64,000 nucleotides of DNA from an uncultured Gammaproteobacteria bacterium (GCA_964519725.1 CAZFKS010000004.1:11848-75847), one strand, 5' to 3'. Shown: positions 19,397 to 30,656, counted from the first letter of the stretch. A program made the numbers and translations. The notes: generated by a model not told the origin, from the letters alone.

Positions 19397-19960
19397 TTAG
19401 AATTGAACTTTTACATTTTCCCGTTCAGTTGGATCTTGAATTTCAAAGAAGTCAAACTTAGTGAATTTGAGCATGTTCCCAATTAAATTAGTTGGGAAAA
19501 CTTCGAGTTTGGTGTTAAAGTCCCGCACTTGACCATTGTAAAAGCGGCGACTGGCCATGATTTTGTTTTCTGTGTCAGACAGCTCGTCCATTAATTGAGC
19601 AATATTGGTGTTAGCTTTCAAATCTGGGTAAGCTTCAACCGCAACCCGGAGACCATTAAGGGCGGTACCAAGTAAACCTTCAGCCTGAGCCAGGGCCGCA
19701 GTGTTGCCACCTTTTTGTGCTTCCATAGCTTGTGACCGGTATTTGGTCACATTTTCCAAGATTCCTTTTTCATGACTAAGGTAACCTTTGACACTTTCTA
19801 CCAGGTTTGGGATCAGGTCATGACGGCGTTTGAGTTGTACGTCAATATCACTCCAGGCTTCTTTGACCCGGTTGCGTAGGGTGACCAGGCCGTTATAGGT
19901 AAAAATAATCCAGAGAACCAGGGCGCCCAGGGCAATTAACAAAATGGTGCTAAGAGGCAT
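19397..19960 (-). CDS. lemA: LemA family protein
   Basis: AWSDIDVQLKRRHDLIPNLV, EAYPDLKA, SRRFYN; usual partner of htpX. Confidence 0.94.
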   Translation of the reverse strand: MPLSTILLIALGALVLWIIFTYNGLVTLRNRVKEAWSDIDVQLKRRHDLIPNLVESVKGYLSHEKGILENVTKYRSQAMEAQKGGNTAALAQAEGLLGTALNGLRVAVEAYPDLKANTNIAQLMDELSDTENKIMASRRFYNGQVRDFNTKLEVFPTNLIGNMLKFTKFDFFEIQDPTERENVKVQF

Positions 19961-20043
19961 ACATGACAATTGCTTGAATTAAAGGGACATCTGTGGAATA
20001 ATGTCCTTATTCATTCTAAGCAATTTAGGCCTACCCGTCAATT

Positions 20044-21210
20044 ATGCTCACGGTCCTAATTTTCCTCTTGGTTTTGACCCTGGTCGTGCTGGTACACGAA
20101 GCTGGGCATTTTTTTGTGGCCAAATGGTCAGGGATGAAGGTATATGAGTTTGGCTGGGGCTTTCCGCCTCGGGCAATTGGGTTTTACCGTGATCCAGTGA
20201 CCAAGAAAATTGTTTGGGTCAAAGGTTCTTCAAAAGAAAATTTAAAAGAAGTGGCCGGCGGCACTGAAACTGTTGAGGAATTTCCCGCGACTTTATATTC
20301 AGTCAATTGGTTACCGCTGGGTGGTTTTGTAAAAATTAAAGGTGAAAATGATCGTGATGCTGGTCCAGATAGTTTTGCGGCTAAATCACAATCAAAACGA
20401 TTGCTGACTTTGCTCGCTGGGGTGATTATGAATGTGATTTTGGCTGGAGTTTTGTTGGGACTTGGGTTTATGTTTGGCTTGCCAGCGAATGTGTCGAATT
20501 TAAATGACGATAAAGCAATTGTAGTTAAAACCGCTGAGGTCATGATTCAAGGGGTAGAAAAAGACTCACCGGCGGGTGCAGCTGACTTAAAACCAGGCGA
20601 CCGAATTGCGGCCGTCAATGGTGAAGCAGTGACTAGTGCTGATGAATTTGTGGCCTATGTTCGTGCTCATAGTAGTGAAATTTTGGCTTTAGAATTAAAA
20701 CGCGCTGATGCGGTTTTGAACGTCGAAGTAAAACCAGCGGTTGTGGCAGAAAAGGAACCAGCCCGGTTGGGGGTGGTGTTGGCTGATGCCGGAGTGATTC
20801 GTTATCCCTGGTATTGGGCCCTAATTAAAGGCTTCCAAGCTGCCGGAGTTGGGTTTGTAGGAATTTTTGTGGCGTTTTATGACCTAATTAAAGGTTTAAT
20901 TTTAGGTAATGGGGCAAGTATGGCGGTGAGTGGGCCAGTCGGAATTGCAGTCGCAGTTGGCGAAAGTGCACGCCTTGGTTTTAGTTATCTAATCAATATC
21001 ACGGCCATGATTTCACTCAGTTTGGCGGCTATGAATGTGCTGCCAATTCCAGCGCTTGATGGTGGTCGCGCCCTGTTTGTAATTATTGAAAGCGTGTTCC
21101 GCAAAAAAGTGCCAGCCAAAGTTGAACAGATCGTGCACGGAACTGGCTTTGTACTATTATTAATTTTGATTTTAGTGATCACCTGGCGTGATGTGGCTAA
21201 TCTTTTGTAA
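20044..21210 (+). CDS. rseP: RIP metalloprotease RseP (M50, PDZ)
   Basis: HEAGH, PLGGFV, PDZ domain, NVLPIPALDGG. Confidence 0.93.
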   Translation: MLTVLIFLLVLTLVVLVHEAGHFFVAKWSGMKVYEFGWGFPPRAIGFYRDPVTKKIVWVKGSSKENLKEVAGGTETVEEFPATLYSVNWLPLGGFVKIKGENDRDAGPDSFAAKSQSKRLLTLLAGVIMNVILAGVLLGLGFMFGLPANVSNLNDDKAIVVKTAEVMIQGVEKDSPAGAADLKPGDRIAAVNGEAVTSADEFVAYVRAHSSEILALELKRADAVLNVEVKPAVVAEKEPARLGVVLADAGVIRYPWYWALIKGFQAAGVGFVGIFVAFYDLIKGLILGNGASMAVSGPVGIAVAVGESARLGFSYLINITAMISLSLAAMNVLPIPALDGGRALFVIIESVFRKKVPAKVEQIVHGTGFVLLLILILVITWRDVANLL

Positions 21211-21211
21211 T

Positions 21212-21709
21212 ATGGCTGACCCAAAAAGTGAAGCAGTTAAAATTCGTGACCAACAATTTAAACAGTGGTTGGGTGCGTTTGAAGTTACTTTAAAAAACAA
21301 TAAACCGGCTGGCCTGACTGATCATGCGATTGATTTGTTTTGTAAAAGTATTGATGGTGAGTATTTTAAACTGAACTTGCCTGACAGTTTTAGTTTTGAT
21401 AAATTGCTTCGTCTCGCGGTGACTGAAGCGGCTGAACACTGCGCTCTCTTTGTTGACGATTTCCCAGAAACAGAAGATGAAAAATGGTCATTGGTGCAGA
21501 TTGCAGATGAAGTGCGGCAGGAAGTGTTACCAGAAATGGAAAAATTATTTGAAACGCCTGATTCTTCTCAGACTGACGAATTAAAAGAAGTGTATAAAAC
21601 AGTTTTGGAAGACTACGATCGTGAAGCGCCAAACACGCCTCCAGAAATTGAAGTTAGCAGTGAAGAAACAGCCGAACATCTTAAGTGGCTGAGGGAAAGT
21701 CATAAGTAA
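21212..21709 (+). CDS. Acidic hypothetical protein
   Basis: ORF fills the gap between rseP and pheS with 1-nt spacers. Confidence 0.65.
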   Translation: MADPKSEAVKIRDQQFKQWLGAFEVTLKNNKPAGLTDHAIDLFCKSIDGEYFKLNLPDSFSFDKLLRLAVTEAAEHCALFVDDFPETEDEKWSLVQIADEVRQEVLPEMEKLFETPDSSQTDELKEVYKTVLEDYDREAPNTPPEIEVSSEETAEHLKWLRESHK

Positions 21710-21710
21710 T

Positions 21711-22742
21711 ATGTTTCCAGAACTTGAAAAAGTAAAAAATGAAGCCTTTAGTCAGTTAGAAAAAGTTGGCTCTTTGGCTGATTTAGAAAAATTAGAACTC
21801 GCCATTTTTTCCCGCCAAAATGGATCGCTCACCGCGGCTATGAAAGCCATTAAAGATATTGCTGGGCCAGATAAAAAAGCGTATGGCGAAGCCAGTAATG
21901 CGCTCAAAAATGAATTGACCGAAGCTTTTGCTAGTAAAAAAAGCGTATTTGCTAGTGCCAAATGGGCTGAACTTGGTAGCACAGAAAAATTAGATGTCAC
22001 TCGGCCAGGTCTGCCCCTGAAAACGCGCGGACATTTGCACCCAGTTAGTCAGGTGCAATATGATCTGGAGGATTTGTTTACGAGTATGGGTTTCATGGTG
22101 CTGGATGGTCCAGAACTGGAAAGTGATTTTTATAATTTTGAAGCTGTAAATATTCCGCAGAACCACCCAGCGCGGGACATGCAAGATACTTTTTATATCA
22201 AAGACCACCCAGATTGGGTCATGCGCACGCACACTTCATCAGTGCAGTCGCGCGCCATGGAAAAATACGGGGCGCCGCTCCGCGCCATTGTGCCGGGTCG
22301 CTGTTTCCGCAATGAGGCCACTGATCCGCGTCATGAACACACCTTCTACCAATTAGAAGGAATTATGGTTGGAAAAAATATTACGGTGGCGCACATGAAA
22401 GGGGTGCTCGAAACCATGGCCAAACATTTGTATGGGCCAGATACAGAGGTGCGTTTGCGACCAAAATTTTATCCGTTTGTTGAGCCAGGGGTGAATGGGG
22501 AAGTGACTTGTTTCCTCTGTAAAGGTGCGGGCTGTCGCGTGTGCAAAGGCACAGGCTGGATGGAAGTGTTTGGTGCGGGCATGATTCACCCAAATGTTTT
22601 ACGCGCGGGAAAAGTTAACCCAGAAGAATACACTGGGTTTGCGTTTGGGCTTGGTTTGACGCGCCTCGTAATGCTTAAATACCAAATTGAAGACGTGCGA
22701 TTATTACAATCTGGTTCCATGCAATTCTTAGAACAATTCTAG
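21711..22742 (+). CDS. pheS: Phenylalanine-tRNA ligase alpha subunit
   Basis: HPARDMQDTFY, RTHTS, FYPFVEP, GFAFGLG. Confidence 0.97.
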   Translation: MFPELEKVKNEAFSQLEKVGSLADLEKLELAIFSRQNGSLTAAMKAIKDIAGPDKKAYGEASNALKNELTEAFASKKSVFASAKWAELGSTEKLDVTRPGLPLKTRGHLHPVSQVQYDLEDLFTSMGFMVLDGPELESDFYNFEAVNIPQNHPARDMQDTFYIKDHPDWVMRTHTSSVQSRAMEKYGAPLRAIVPGRCFRNEATDPRHEHTFYQLEGIMVGKNITVAHMKGVLETMAKHLYGPDTEVRLRPKFYPFVEPGVNGEVTCFLCKGAGCRVCKGTGWMEVFGAGMIHPNVLRAGKVNPEEYTGFAFGLGLTRLVMLKYQIEDVRLLQSGSMQFLEQF

Positions 22743-22743
22743 T

Positions 22744-25191
22744 ATGATTATTAGTAAACACTGGTTGCGCGATTTTGTTTTCTTGCCTGATGCGCTTGAT
22801 GCGCAGGATTTGGCGCGCAAATTATCACTGGCTGTCGCTGAAGTAGAAAAAGTAACTGAATTGGCAAGCGCGTTTGATAAAATGGTCGTTGGAAAAATTA
22901 CCAAAGTTGAAGCCCACCCAAACGCTGATAAATTACGCGTGTGTACGGTTGATGTTGGTGACAAAGAAATCACTATTGTTTGTGGCGGTTCAAATGTGGC
23001 TGAGGGAATGAAAGTAATCGTTGGTTTGATCGGCGCTAAAGTTAAATGGCACGGTGAAGGGGATTTAATTGAGCTGGCACCAGTTAAAATTCGCGGTGTT
23101 GATTCTGCCGGAATGATTTGCGCGTCTGATGAAGTTGGTTTACTTGATCGTTTCCCAAAACAAGATGAAAAAGAAATTGTTGATTTGTCAGCCCTAAAAG
23201 CGCGCCCGGGTACGCCGCTCGCAACTGCACTTGGTCTTGATGACGTACTCTTTGAATTTGATAATAAATCGCTGACTAATCGTCCAGATTTGTGGGGTCA
23301 TTATGGTATGGCGCGCGAAATCGCAGCCCTGACCCGGAAAAAATTTACGCCACTAAAATTAGGAAAAATTAAAGAAAATAAAAAATACGCGCTCAGTGTT
23401 AAAGTTAATGCTAGTGAACTCTGTCCACGTTATCAAGCGGTGGTTATTGAGGGCGTGAGTGCGACTGAATCACCAGCCTGGCTAAAAAATAATTTGGTTG
23501 CGGTTGGCCAGCGTCCGATTAATGCGATTGTTGACCTCACTAATTATGTTTTGTTTGAACTTGGTCAACCACTGCATGCGTTTGACGCGGCGGTACTTAA
23601 TCCAAATGGTCAGGAAATTAATTTGGAAGTCCGCAGAGCAGTGCCAAGCGAACAATTTGTTACTTTAGAAAATAAAGATTTAGTTTTACCAGAGAATGCT
23701 TTGGTAATTGCGAATAATGGGGCGGCAGTTGCTTTGGCCGGAATTAAAGGCGGAAAAAATAGTGGTGTGTCAGAAACTACCACTACGATTGTGCTAGAAA
23801 GTGCAAATTTCAATGCCACAAATACTCGTCAAACCTCAACTCACTTTAGTTTACGCACCGAAGCCTCAGCCCGGTTTGAAAAAACGCTTGACCCAAATTT
23901 AACTGAACTAGCTTTAGTTCGGTTTGTTGAACTTGCTAAAAAAGTTTGGCCAAAATCAGAAGTGGCAAGTGTGGTTGTTGACGTGAAAAACTTTACTGAC
24001 AAACCACTGACCTTGGATTTTCCAGTGAGTTTGTTTAGCGAACGCCTGGGAATTGAACTGAGTGATAACACGATTAAAGATATTTTAGAGCGCCTTGGTT
24101 TTGAAATTAAAATTAAAAAAGGTCAGGTGCAAGCTTTGGTGCCAACTTGGCGGGCTAGTAAAGATGTGCGCATTCCTGAGGATTTGGTGGAAGAAGTCGC
24201 GCGTTTGCATGGTTATGAAAATATTCCTGGGGTGTTGCCAAGCTGCCCAATTGCGCCGCCGCTCACTAATTCTTTACGTCAATTAGAACGTGAGGTCAAA
24301 GAAGTGCTCGCTTTTATTTGTAATTTTAGTGAAGTGTCCAATTACTCGTTTGTCTCACCAGAGTGGTTGAATCGGTTAGAGGTGTTAAAAGGTCAGGATT
24401 ATTTGGAATTAGATAATCCAATTGCTAAAGACCGGCCGCTTTTGCGCCGCGATTTGGTGCCAGGTTTAATTGAAAACGTGTTGGCTCACGGCCATGCTGA
24501 TCAAGTGCAATTATTTGAAATTGGTCGGGTATTTTTGCCAGATGAAGCCGGTGAACGTACCGGAAATACTAGTGGAGAATTGCTACCAGCCCAACCACTT
24601 CGTCTTGGTTTGGTTTACTCGGCAAAACAAAACACTGAACCATTTTACACTGTGGCTGATAGTGTTCGGGCGCTTGGAACTGAATTAGGTTTTGCATTTA
24701 GCATTGTTCCAAACCAAGCCACAACCAATTTGATGCACCCTGGTCGCGCGGCGAGTGTACTCTGTGACGGTCAATTAATTGGGGAAATCTTTGAACTTCA
24801 TCCAGCTAAACAAACTGAACTTGGTCTGATTGCTCGGGTGGCTCTAGCTGAATTAAATTTGAGTCAATTAGTAAACGCGCCACGTCAAACCAGTAATTAT
24901 GTGTCCATGACTGAGTTCCCAACCGTGGTGCGTGACATTGCGATTGTAGTTAACAGTTCTGAAGCGCACGCTGATTTGCAGCAGCTCATTAAATCAGCGC
25001 ACGAATTAGTGATTAAAGCAGATTTGTTTGATGAATACGTAGGTAAAAATGTTGGCGCTAATAAAAAAAGTTTAGCCTATCACGTGACTTTGGGTGCCAA
25101 TCACACCTTAACCACTGAAGAAATTGACGCCGCGCTTAAAAAAATCCAGAAAGTTTTAACTGAAAAAATAGCTGCCGAGTGGCGCACCTAA
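22744..25191 (+). CDS. pheT: Phenylalanine-tRNA ligase beta subunit
   Basis: HPNADKL OB domain, NRPD, B3/4, DLVEEVARLHGY, anticodon-binding C-terminus. Confidence 0.97.
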   Translation: MIISKHWLRDFVFLPDALDAQDLARKLSLAVAEVEKVTELASAFDKMVVGKITKVEAHPNADKLRVCTVDVGDKEITIVCGGSNVAEGMKVIVGLIGAKVKWHGEGDLIELAPVKIRGVDSAGMICASDEVGLLDRFPKQDEKEIVDLSALKARPGTPLATALGLDDVLFEFDNKSLTNRPDLWGHYGMAREIAALTRKKFTPLKLGKIKENKKYALSVKVNASELCPRYQAVVIEGVSATESPAWLKNNLVAVGQRPINAIVDLTNYVLFELGQPLHAFDAAVLNPNGQEINLEVRRAVPSEQFVTLENKDLVLPENALVIANNGAAVALAGIKGGKNSGVSETTTTIVLESANFNATNTRQTSTHFSLRTEASARFEKTLDPNLTELALVRFVELAKKVWPKSEVASVVVDVKNFTDKPLTLDFPVSLFSERLGIELSDNTIKDILERLGFEIKIKKGQVQALVPTWRASKDVRIPEDLVEEVARLHGYENIPGVLPSCPIAPPLTNSLRQLEREVKEVLAFICNFSEVSNYSFVSPEWLNRLEVLKGQDYLELDNPIAKDRPLLRRDLVPGLIENVLAHGHADQVQLFEIGRVFLPDEAGERTGNTSGELLPAQPLRLGLVYSAKQNTEPFYTVADSVRALGTELGFAFSIVPNQATTNLMHPGRAASVLCDGQLIGEIFELHPAKQTELGLIARVALAELNLSQLVNAPRQTSNYVSMTEFPTVVRDIAIVVNSSEAHADLQQLIKSAHELVIKADLFDEYVGKNVGANKKSLAYHVTLGANHTLTTEEIDAALKKIQKVLTEKIAAEWRT

Positions 25192-25229
25192 ATGAACTGT
25201 GCTATACTAACTCCAACTTAATTTGGAAT

Positions 25230-25559
25230 ATGCCTGTCACATCTTCCCAAGACATTTTGTACATTGTTTTATCCATTTGCGTGCTCTGGTTTACTGTGTT
25301 TTTGTGCTGGCTTTTGTACCAAGCGGCGCGAGTGCTTCGCAATGCCAACAAAGTGGTTGAAACTTTGCTTCACAAACTAGAATTAATTTCGGAAGCAGTG
25401 GATTTTATTCGCCGCAAAGTGGATGGTCTATCCAGTAGTATGGGTGTGGTTAGTTCAATTGCCAGCGGACTCATGGAAAAATATGTGCTGGGTAAACTGA
25501 ATAAAAAGTTTGAAGAAAAAATTACTGAACCGGATCGGTCGCGGAAGAAAAAACGGTAA
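25230..25559 (+). CDS. Hypothetical single-TM coiled-coil protein
   Basis: Hydrophobic N-terminus followed by an amphipathic helix. Confidence 0.65.
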   Translation: MPVTSSQDILYIVLSICVLWFTVFLCWLLYQAARVLRNANKVVETLLHKLELISEAVDFIRRKVDGLSSSMGVVSSIASGLMEKYVLGKLNKKFEEKITEPDRSRKKKR

Positions 25560-25561
25560 TT

Positions 25562-25594
25562 AAAAAACCCTCTGCCAACTGACAGAGGGTTTTT
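25562..25594. terminator. Bidirectional terminator
   Basis: aaaaaaccctctg-ccaactga-cagagggttttt. Confidence 0.75.
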
Positions 25595-25601
25595 ATTTTG
25601 T

Positions 25602-26054
25602 TTAAACACCAGTAACACTGAATGATCCAGATATACCGACATCGTTTGCGGTGACGGGCACATCTGTGCCATCATTTTCAAATTTACCTTTTTTACCTAG
25701 ATCAACGTAGAGGTTAGTGTGCAACACTTTGGTGATTTTGTTTTCGTCAACCGTAACTTTGACGTCTTGGTGTTCACCCGCACCTACGGCCGTAAAACCA
25801 ATTACCTCACCAGGCACGCCACCTTTGTCAGCCCGGATTACTACCCAGCTGTCTTGAGTGGCCACTACGGTTGGTACCACCATTTCTTTGCCTTTGGCTT
25901 GATTCTTGACCTCTAATTTGGCAGTATTTTGTTCAAAATATGGATTTTGACCAGTCGCATCTTTTAAACTAGTCGAGTTACTGGTCGTATCACTACAGCC
26001 TAAACCGGCCAAGAGTAAAACACTGGTCGCAGCCACGATTTTTTTAGCAAGCAT
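25602..26054 (-). CDS. Putative lipoprotein
   Basis: Lipobox LAGLGC, beta-rich domain. Confidence 0.7.
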   Translation of the reverse strand: MLAKKIVAATSVLLLAGLGCSDTTSNSTSLKDATGQNPYFEQNTAKLEVKNQAKGKEMVVPTVVATQDSWVVIRADKGGVPGEVIGFTAVGAGEHQDVKVTVDENKITKVLHTNLYVDLGKKGKFENDGTDVPVTANDVGISGSFSVTGV

Positions 26055-26166
26055 AAGTCACAATTTAATGAATTAACCTAGGCAGTATAAGGGCAAAAAG
26101 CCCCTTCAGTCAAGGTAAAATGTGGTTCTAGACAGCCCCCACCAAAACCCGTACAATGAGGGGGTT

Positions 26167-29100
26167 ATGAGCTTTGTCCACCTCCACACCCACTCGCACT
26201 ACTCGCTTTTGAATGGCTTGCCAAAGGTAAAAGCCCTCGTTAAGGCTGCCAAAAAACAAGGTTTCACCGCCTTGGCCCTGACTGATTATGGTTCAATGTA
26301 CGGGGCGATTGAATTTTACCAGGCCTGTTTGGCTGAAGAGATTAAACCAATTATTGGGTTTGAAGCGTTTGTGGCGCCACGGTCTCGCCTGGATAAAGAT
26401 CCGGTTCAGGATGCAGGGGTACACAATTTAATTTTGCTCGCAGAAAATTACACTGGTTATCGAAACCTGATGTTGTTATCTTCATTTGGGCATCTTGAAG
26501 GAACATTTAATAATGTCCCGCGCGTTGATCTTGAATTACTGACCAAACATCATGAGGGTGTAATTGCTTTGTCTGGTCCAATTCAAGGAAAAATTCCCAG
26601 TTTAATTTTAAAAGGGGATATTGAGGGTGCTAAAGCCTATGCTTTGGAACTGCAAAAAATTTTTGGGCCAAATAACTTTTATTTAGAATTAGAAGATCAC
26701 CCAGCGATTTCTGGCCAGCTGGAAGTTAATACGCGCCTTATTCAATTGTCAAAAGACACTGGTATTCCGCTCGTGGCCACGCGTGATGTGCATTATTTAA
26801 AACCAGATGATGCTGAGGCGCAAGATATTTTACGCTGTATTTCACAGGGGTGGCGCGTACATGAAACTGAACGTGAAGATTACCGGCAAGTTGATCGGTC
26901 ACTGGCGAGCGGGGATGATATTGCGTCCCGTTTTCGGCATGTACCAGAAGCAATTAGTAATACCACTAAAATTGCCGAGCGGGTGGATATTAAAATTCCA
27001 CTGAATATTTGGCACTTTGCGCCCGTGGATTTGCCACCTGGAAAAACTGCTGATGATGTTCTCCGCGAAGAAGCGTTTGAGCGCATGCCGATGTATTACC
27101 AAGAAATTACTCCAACGCTAACTGAACGTTTAGAATACGAATTGGGGATTATTAAAACTAAAGGGTATTCGCCATACTTTATTTGTGTGGCGGATTTTGT
27201 GCGGTATGCTAAATCACACGGGATTGTAGAATCTACGCGTGGTTCAGCCGCTGGGTCACTAGTGTCATTTGTCATGGGAATTACTACTGTAGACCCAATG
27301 CGTTTTAATTTGCCGTTTGAGCGCTTTTTAAATCCATTCCGTCCGTCTGCGCCAGATATTGATACTGACTTTGCTGATGACCGCCGTGATGAAATGATCG
27401 AGTATGTGACCAAAAAATATGGTGCGGACAAAGTGGCGCAGATTATTACGTTTGGAACCATGGCGGCGCGCGCTAGTGTGCGTGATGTGGGCCGGGCCCT
27501 GGGTTTTTCTTATTCATTTTGTGATCAGGTTTCAAAATTAATTCCTCAAGGTGCGCAAGGTTTCCCAATGACCATTGAACGGGCACTACAAGAAGAACCG
27601 GATTTGAAAAAACTATATGACAGTAATGCAGATGTAAAACGCCTTTTAGACTTGGCCCAAAAAGTTGAAGGTTGTGCGCGCCATACTTCCATTCACGCGG
27701 CCGGTGTGGTGATTGCGCCAACCACCCTGACTGATTTCGCGCCTGTGCAATACGAAGTTGGTGGAACGCGTCTTACCACCCAGTACGAAATGAAAGCGGT
27801 AGAAACGGCTGGGGTACTCAAAAACGATTTTCTTGGAATTCGTAACTTGGCGATTTTGGGAAACGCCGTGGAGTTTGTGAAAAAAACCACTGGTGATAAA
27901 GTTGATATTTATAATTTACCGCTTGATGATAAAAAGGTTTACGAAATGCTGGCACGTGGCGACACCATGGGTGTGTTTCAGTTAAGTGGTTCAGGCATGA
28001 CGCGTTGGCTCAAGGAATTGAAGCCAAACCGCATCGAAGATATCATGGCCATGGTGGCCTTGTACCGTCCGGGCCCGATGGAATCAATCCCAGAGTACAT
28101 TAACCGGAAATATCACCCTGAAGCTGTGAAATTTTTGGATCCACGTTTAGAGAAAATTTTGCACGCATCTTATGGTCTGCTTGTTTATCAGGACGATGTT
28201 ATGTTAACGGCGATTGAGCTGGCAGGTTATGACTGGATGGAAGCCGATAAATTCCGCAAAGCCATGGGTAAGAAAATTCCTGAAGAAATGGCTAAGCAGA
28301 AAATTCAATTTTACGATGGTTGTCAAAATGTTGGTAAAGTAAAAAAAGAAATTGTTGACGAACTATGGCGCGCGATTGAACCATTTGCGGCGTATGGGTT
28401 TAATAAAGCGCACGCCGCTAGTTATGGAATTGTGGCTTACCAAACCGCGTACATGAAAGCCCATTATCCAGTGCAGTTCATGACTGCGATTTTGCAAGCT
28501 GAAGCTAGTGACCTCGACAAGGTGGCAGCGATTGTGCACGAGTGTAAGCGCATGAACATTGAAGTTCTGCCGCCAGATGTCAATGAAAGTTTCAAATCAT
28601 TTGCCATGGTAAGTAAACCGGGTGACCCAGGCCGTATTCGGTTTGGGCTGAACGCCATTAAAAATGTTGGTGAACATATTTGTGAAGTAATTTACCGTGA
28701 GCGCAAAGAAAATGGCAGTTTTGCTGACCTAGAAGATTTTTTAAAGCGCATTAAAGATAAAGATTTAAATAAAAAATCAATTGAAAGTTTAGCGGCTTGT
28801 GGCGCCTTAGATAGTTTTGGTTTTGACCGTGGTGTTTTAATTTCCAATTCAGAAAATATTTTGCACTTTGTTAAACAAGTGCGTGAAGATGGGGCTGCTA
28901 AACAAGACTCGCTATTTGCGGCGGCTGGAATTGCGTTTGATGATAAAGTGGTATTAAAACCAGCCCCAAACGCGACCACTGAACAAAAATTTACTTGGGA
29001 AAAAGATTTGCTTGGGCTCTATTTGTCAGCGCACCCGCTGGATCCATTCATGCCATTTTTCAAAAAAGTAATTACTCCGCTCGCCGAAATTGAAATTGCG

Positions 29101-29649
29101 CCTCGCGATAGCTGGGTAATTTGTGTGGGTGTGGTAGAAAGTGTGAAAAAGAAAATCACCAAAAAAGGGGATGTGATGCTCTTTGTGACCATTCAGGATA
29201 TGTCGGGACCAATGGAACTTTTGGTCTTCCCAAAAACTTACGAACGCACCAAAGAGCTCTGGGTGGCTCGCGCCCCAGTCGCTATTGTGGGTAAAACCCC
29301 GCGTGAAGACGGGGACAATAAAATTTTTGTCGAAAACGCGTACTATTTGCAAAAAGAAACCGCCTCAGATTTGGCGCGTCAACTTTCAATTAGCCAACCA
29401 AGTAGCAAAGGTACAAGCGCAGCGCCAATAATTGAACAATATGTTCGTTTGCATTTAACCAGTGATGAAATGCCAGTCAAAGCACCAGAAATTAAAACGA
29501 TTTTAGCCGCCAATCCTGGTGCTTACTCAGTGTACATCCAAGTTGGCACTGGCGTGGTTAAAGCTGGTGCCGGAGTCGATTGGAATGATTCAGTTAAAGA
29601 AAAGTTTGAAACCTTGCTCGGCAGCGACCGTGTTGAGGTCCAATTCTAA
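26167..29649 (+). CDS. dnaE: DNA polymerase III alpha subunit
   Basis: FVHLHTHSHYSLL PHP domain, RGSAAGS, PDIDTDF, YGFNKAHA, OB fold. Confidence 0.97.
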   Translation: MSFVHLHTHSHYSLLNGLPKVKALVKAAKKQGFTALALTDYGSMYGAIEFYQACLAEEIKPIIGFEAFVAPRSRLDKDPVQDAGVHNLILLAENYTGYRNLMLLSSFGHLEGTFNNVPRVDLELLTKHHEGVIALSGPIQGKIPSLILKGDIEGAKAYALELQKIFGPNNFYLELEDHPAISGQLEVNTRLIQLSKDTGIPLVATRDVHYLKPDDAEAQDILRCISQGWRVHETEREDYRQVDRSLASGDDIASRFRHVPEAISNTTKIAERVDIKIPLNIWHFAPVDLPPGKTADDVLREEAFERMPMYYQEITPTLTERLEYELGIIKTKGYSPYFICVADFVRYAKSHGIVESTRGSAAGSLVSFVMGITTVDPMRFNLPFERFLNPFRPSAPDIDTDFADDRRDEMIEYVTKKYGADKVAQIITFGTMAARASVRDVGRALGFSYSFCDQVSKLIPQGAQGFPMTIERALQEEPDLKKLYDSNADVKRLLDLAQKVEGCARHTSIHAAGVVIAPTTLTDFAPVQYEVGGTRLTTQYEMKAVETAGVLKNDFLGIRNLAILGNAVEFVKKTTGDKVDIYNLPLDDKKVYEMLARGDTMGVFQLSGSGMTRWLKELKPNRIEDIMAMVALYRPGPMESIPEYINRKYHPEAVKFLDPRLEKILHASYGLLVYQDDVMLTAIELAGYDWMEADKFRKAMGKKIPEEMAKQKIQFYDGCQNVGKVKKEIVDELWRAIEPFAAYGFNKAHAASYGIVAYQTAYMKAHYPVQFMTAILQAEASDLDKVAAIVHECKRMNIEVLPPDVNESFKSFAMVSKPGDPGRIRFGLNAIKNVGEHICEVIYRERKENGSFADLEDFLKRIKDKDLNKKSIESLAACGALDSFGFDRGVLISNSENILHFVKQVREDGAAKQDSLFAAAGIAFDDKVVLKPAPNATTEQKFTWEKDLLGLYLSAHPLDPFMPFFKKVITPLAEIEIAPRDSWVICVGVVESVKKKITKKGDVMLFVTIQDMSGPMELLVFPKTYERTKELWVARAPVAIVGKTPREDGDNKIFVENAYYLQKETASDLARQLSISQPSSKGTSAAPIIEQYVRLHLTSDEMPVKAPEIKTILAANPGAYSVYIQVGTGVVKAGAGVDWNDSVKEKFETLLGSDRVEVQF

Positions 29650-30656
29650 AGATAAACTTCCCAACCTGGATCAGCTTGAATTTCTTGCCAAGGAATAAAA
29701 TTATTTTTGTGCGCTTGAAAGTAGCCAGCCGCCGCAATCATGGCACCATTGTCCATTGCGTATTTTGGTTCTGGAACTAAAAATTCAGCGCCGGGATTTG
29801 TTTCAGTTAAAGCTGCACGTAAACTTTCGCGAATTTTTTTATTTGCACTCACCCCACCACCTAGAATAATTGTTTGCGGTTTAAATTTCGCGGCCGCACG
29901 CACGGTTTTTTCCACCAACACATCAGTAATGGCTTGTTCAAAACTAGCGCAAAAATCATTAGTGGAATTTAATTCATTGTCGCGTAAATAATATAACGCG
30001 GCAGTTTTGAGTCCAGCAAAAGAAAAATCAAAATTTGGTTCTTTAATCATTGGCCGCGGAAAGGGGATTGCGTTCGTATTTCCGTCCACTGCAAATTTAG
30101 AAATTTTTGGTCCACCTGGATATTCCAGCCCCAGCAATTTGGCGACTTTATCAAAACACTCACCAGCCGCATCATCACGCGTGGCGCCTAATTTTTCGTA
30201 CACGCCGTGGTCTTTCATGAGTAACAATTCAGTGTGTCCGCCACTAACCAGCAAACACAAAGCCGGAAATTTTATTGCTGTAGTTTTTTCTTTGCCCAGC
30301 AAAACCGAATGTACATGTCCGTCCATGTGATTGGTCCGCACTAGGGAAATATTTTCCAAGTATGACAAACTTTTGGCTGCCTCGACGCCAATAATTAAAC
30401 CAGTAATTAAGCCTGGCCCAGCGGTTACAGCAATGGCCTCTGGTTTGGCTTGTCCAGCTAAAACTTCTTCAATCAACGGCACAATCGCTTCGGCATGTTG
30501 CCGTCCAGCAATTTCTGGGACCACGCCACCATATTGTTTGTGTACATCAATTTGACTGGCAGTTTTTTCCGCTAACACCGTAAAATTAACCCCATCACTT
30601 TCAAGTAAGGCCACTGAAGTATCGTCGCAAGAAGATTCTATTCCCAAAACCCGCAT
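29646..30656 (-). CDS. tsaD: tRNA N6-adenosine threonylcarbamoyltransferase TsaD
   Basis: LGIESSCDDT, GGVVPE, HMDGH, LVSGGHT, DDAAGE, DNGAMIA. Confidence 0.96.
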   Translation of the reverse strand: MRVLGIESSCDDTSVALLESDGVNFTVLAEKTASQIDVHKQYGGVVPEIAGRQHAEAIVPLIEEVLAGQAKPEAIAVTAGPGLITGLIIGVEAAKSLSYLENISLVRTNHMDGHVHSVLLGKEKTTAIKFPALCLLVSGGHTELLLMKDHGVYEKLGATRDDAAGECFDKVAKLLGLEYPGGPKISKFAVDGNTNAIPFPRPMIKEPNFDFSFAGLKTAALYYLRDNELNSTNDFCASFEQAITDVLVEKTVRAAAKFKPQTIILGGGVSANKKIRESLRAALTETNPGAEFLVPEPKYAMDNGAMIAAAGYFQAHKNNFIPWQEIQADPGWEVYL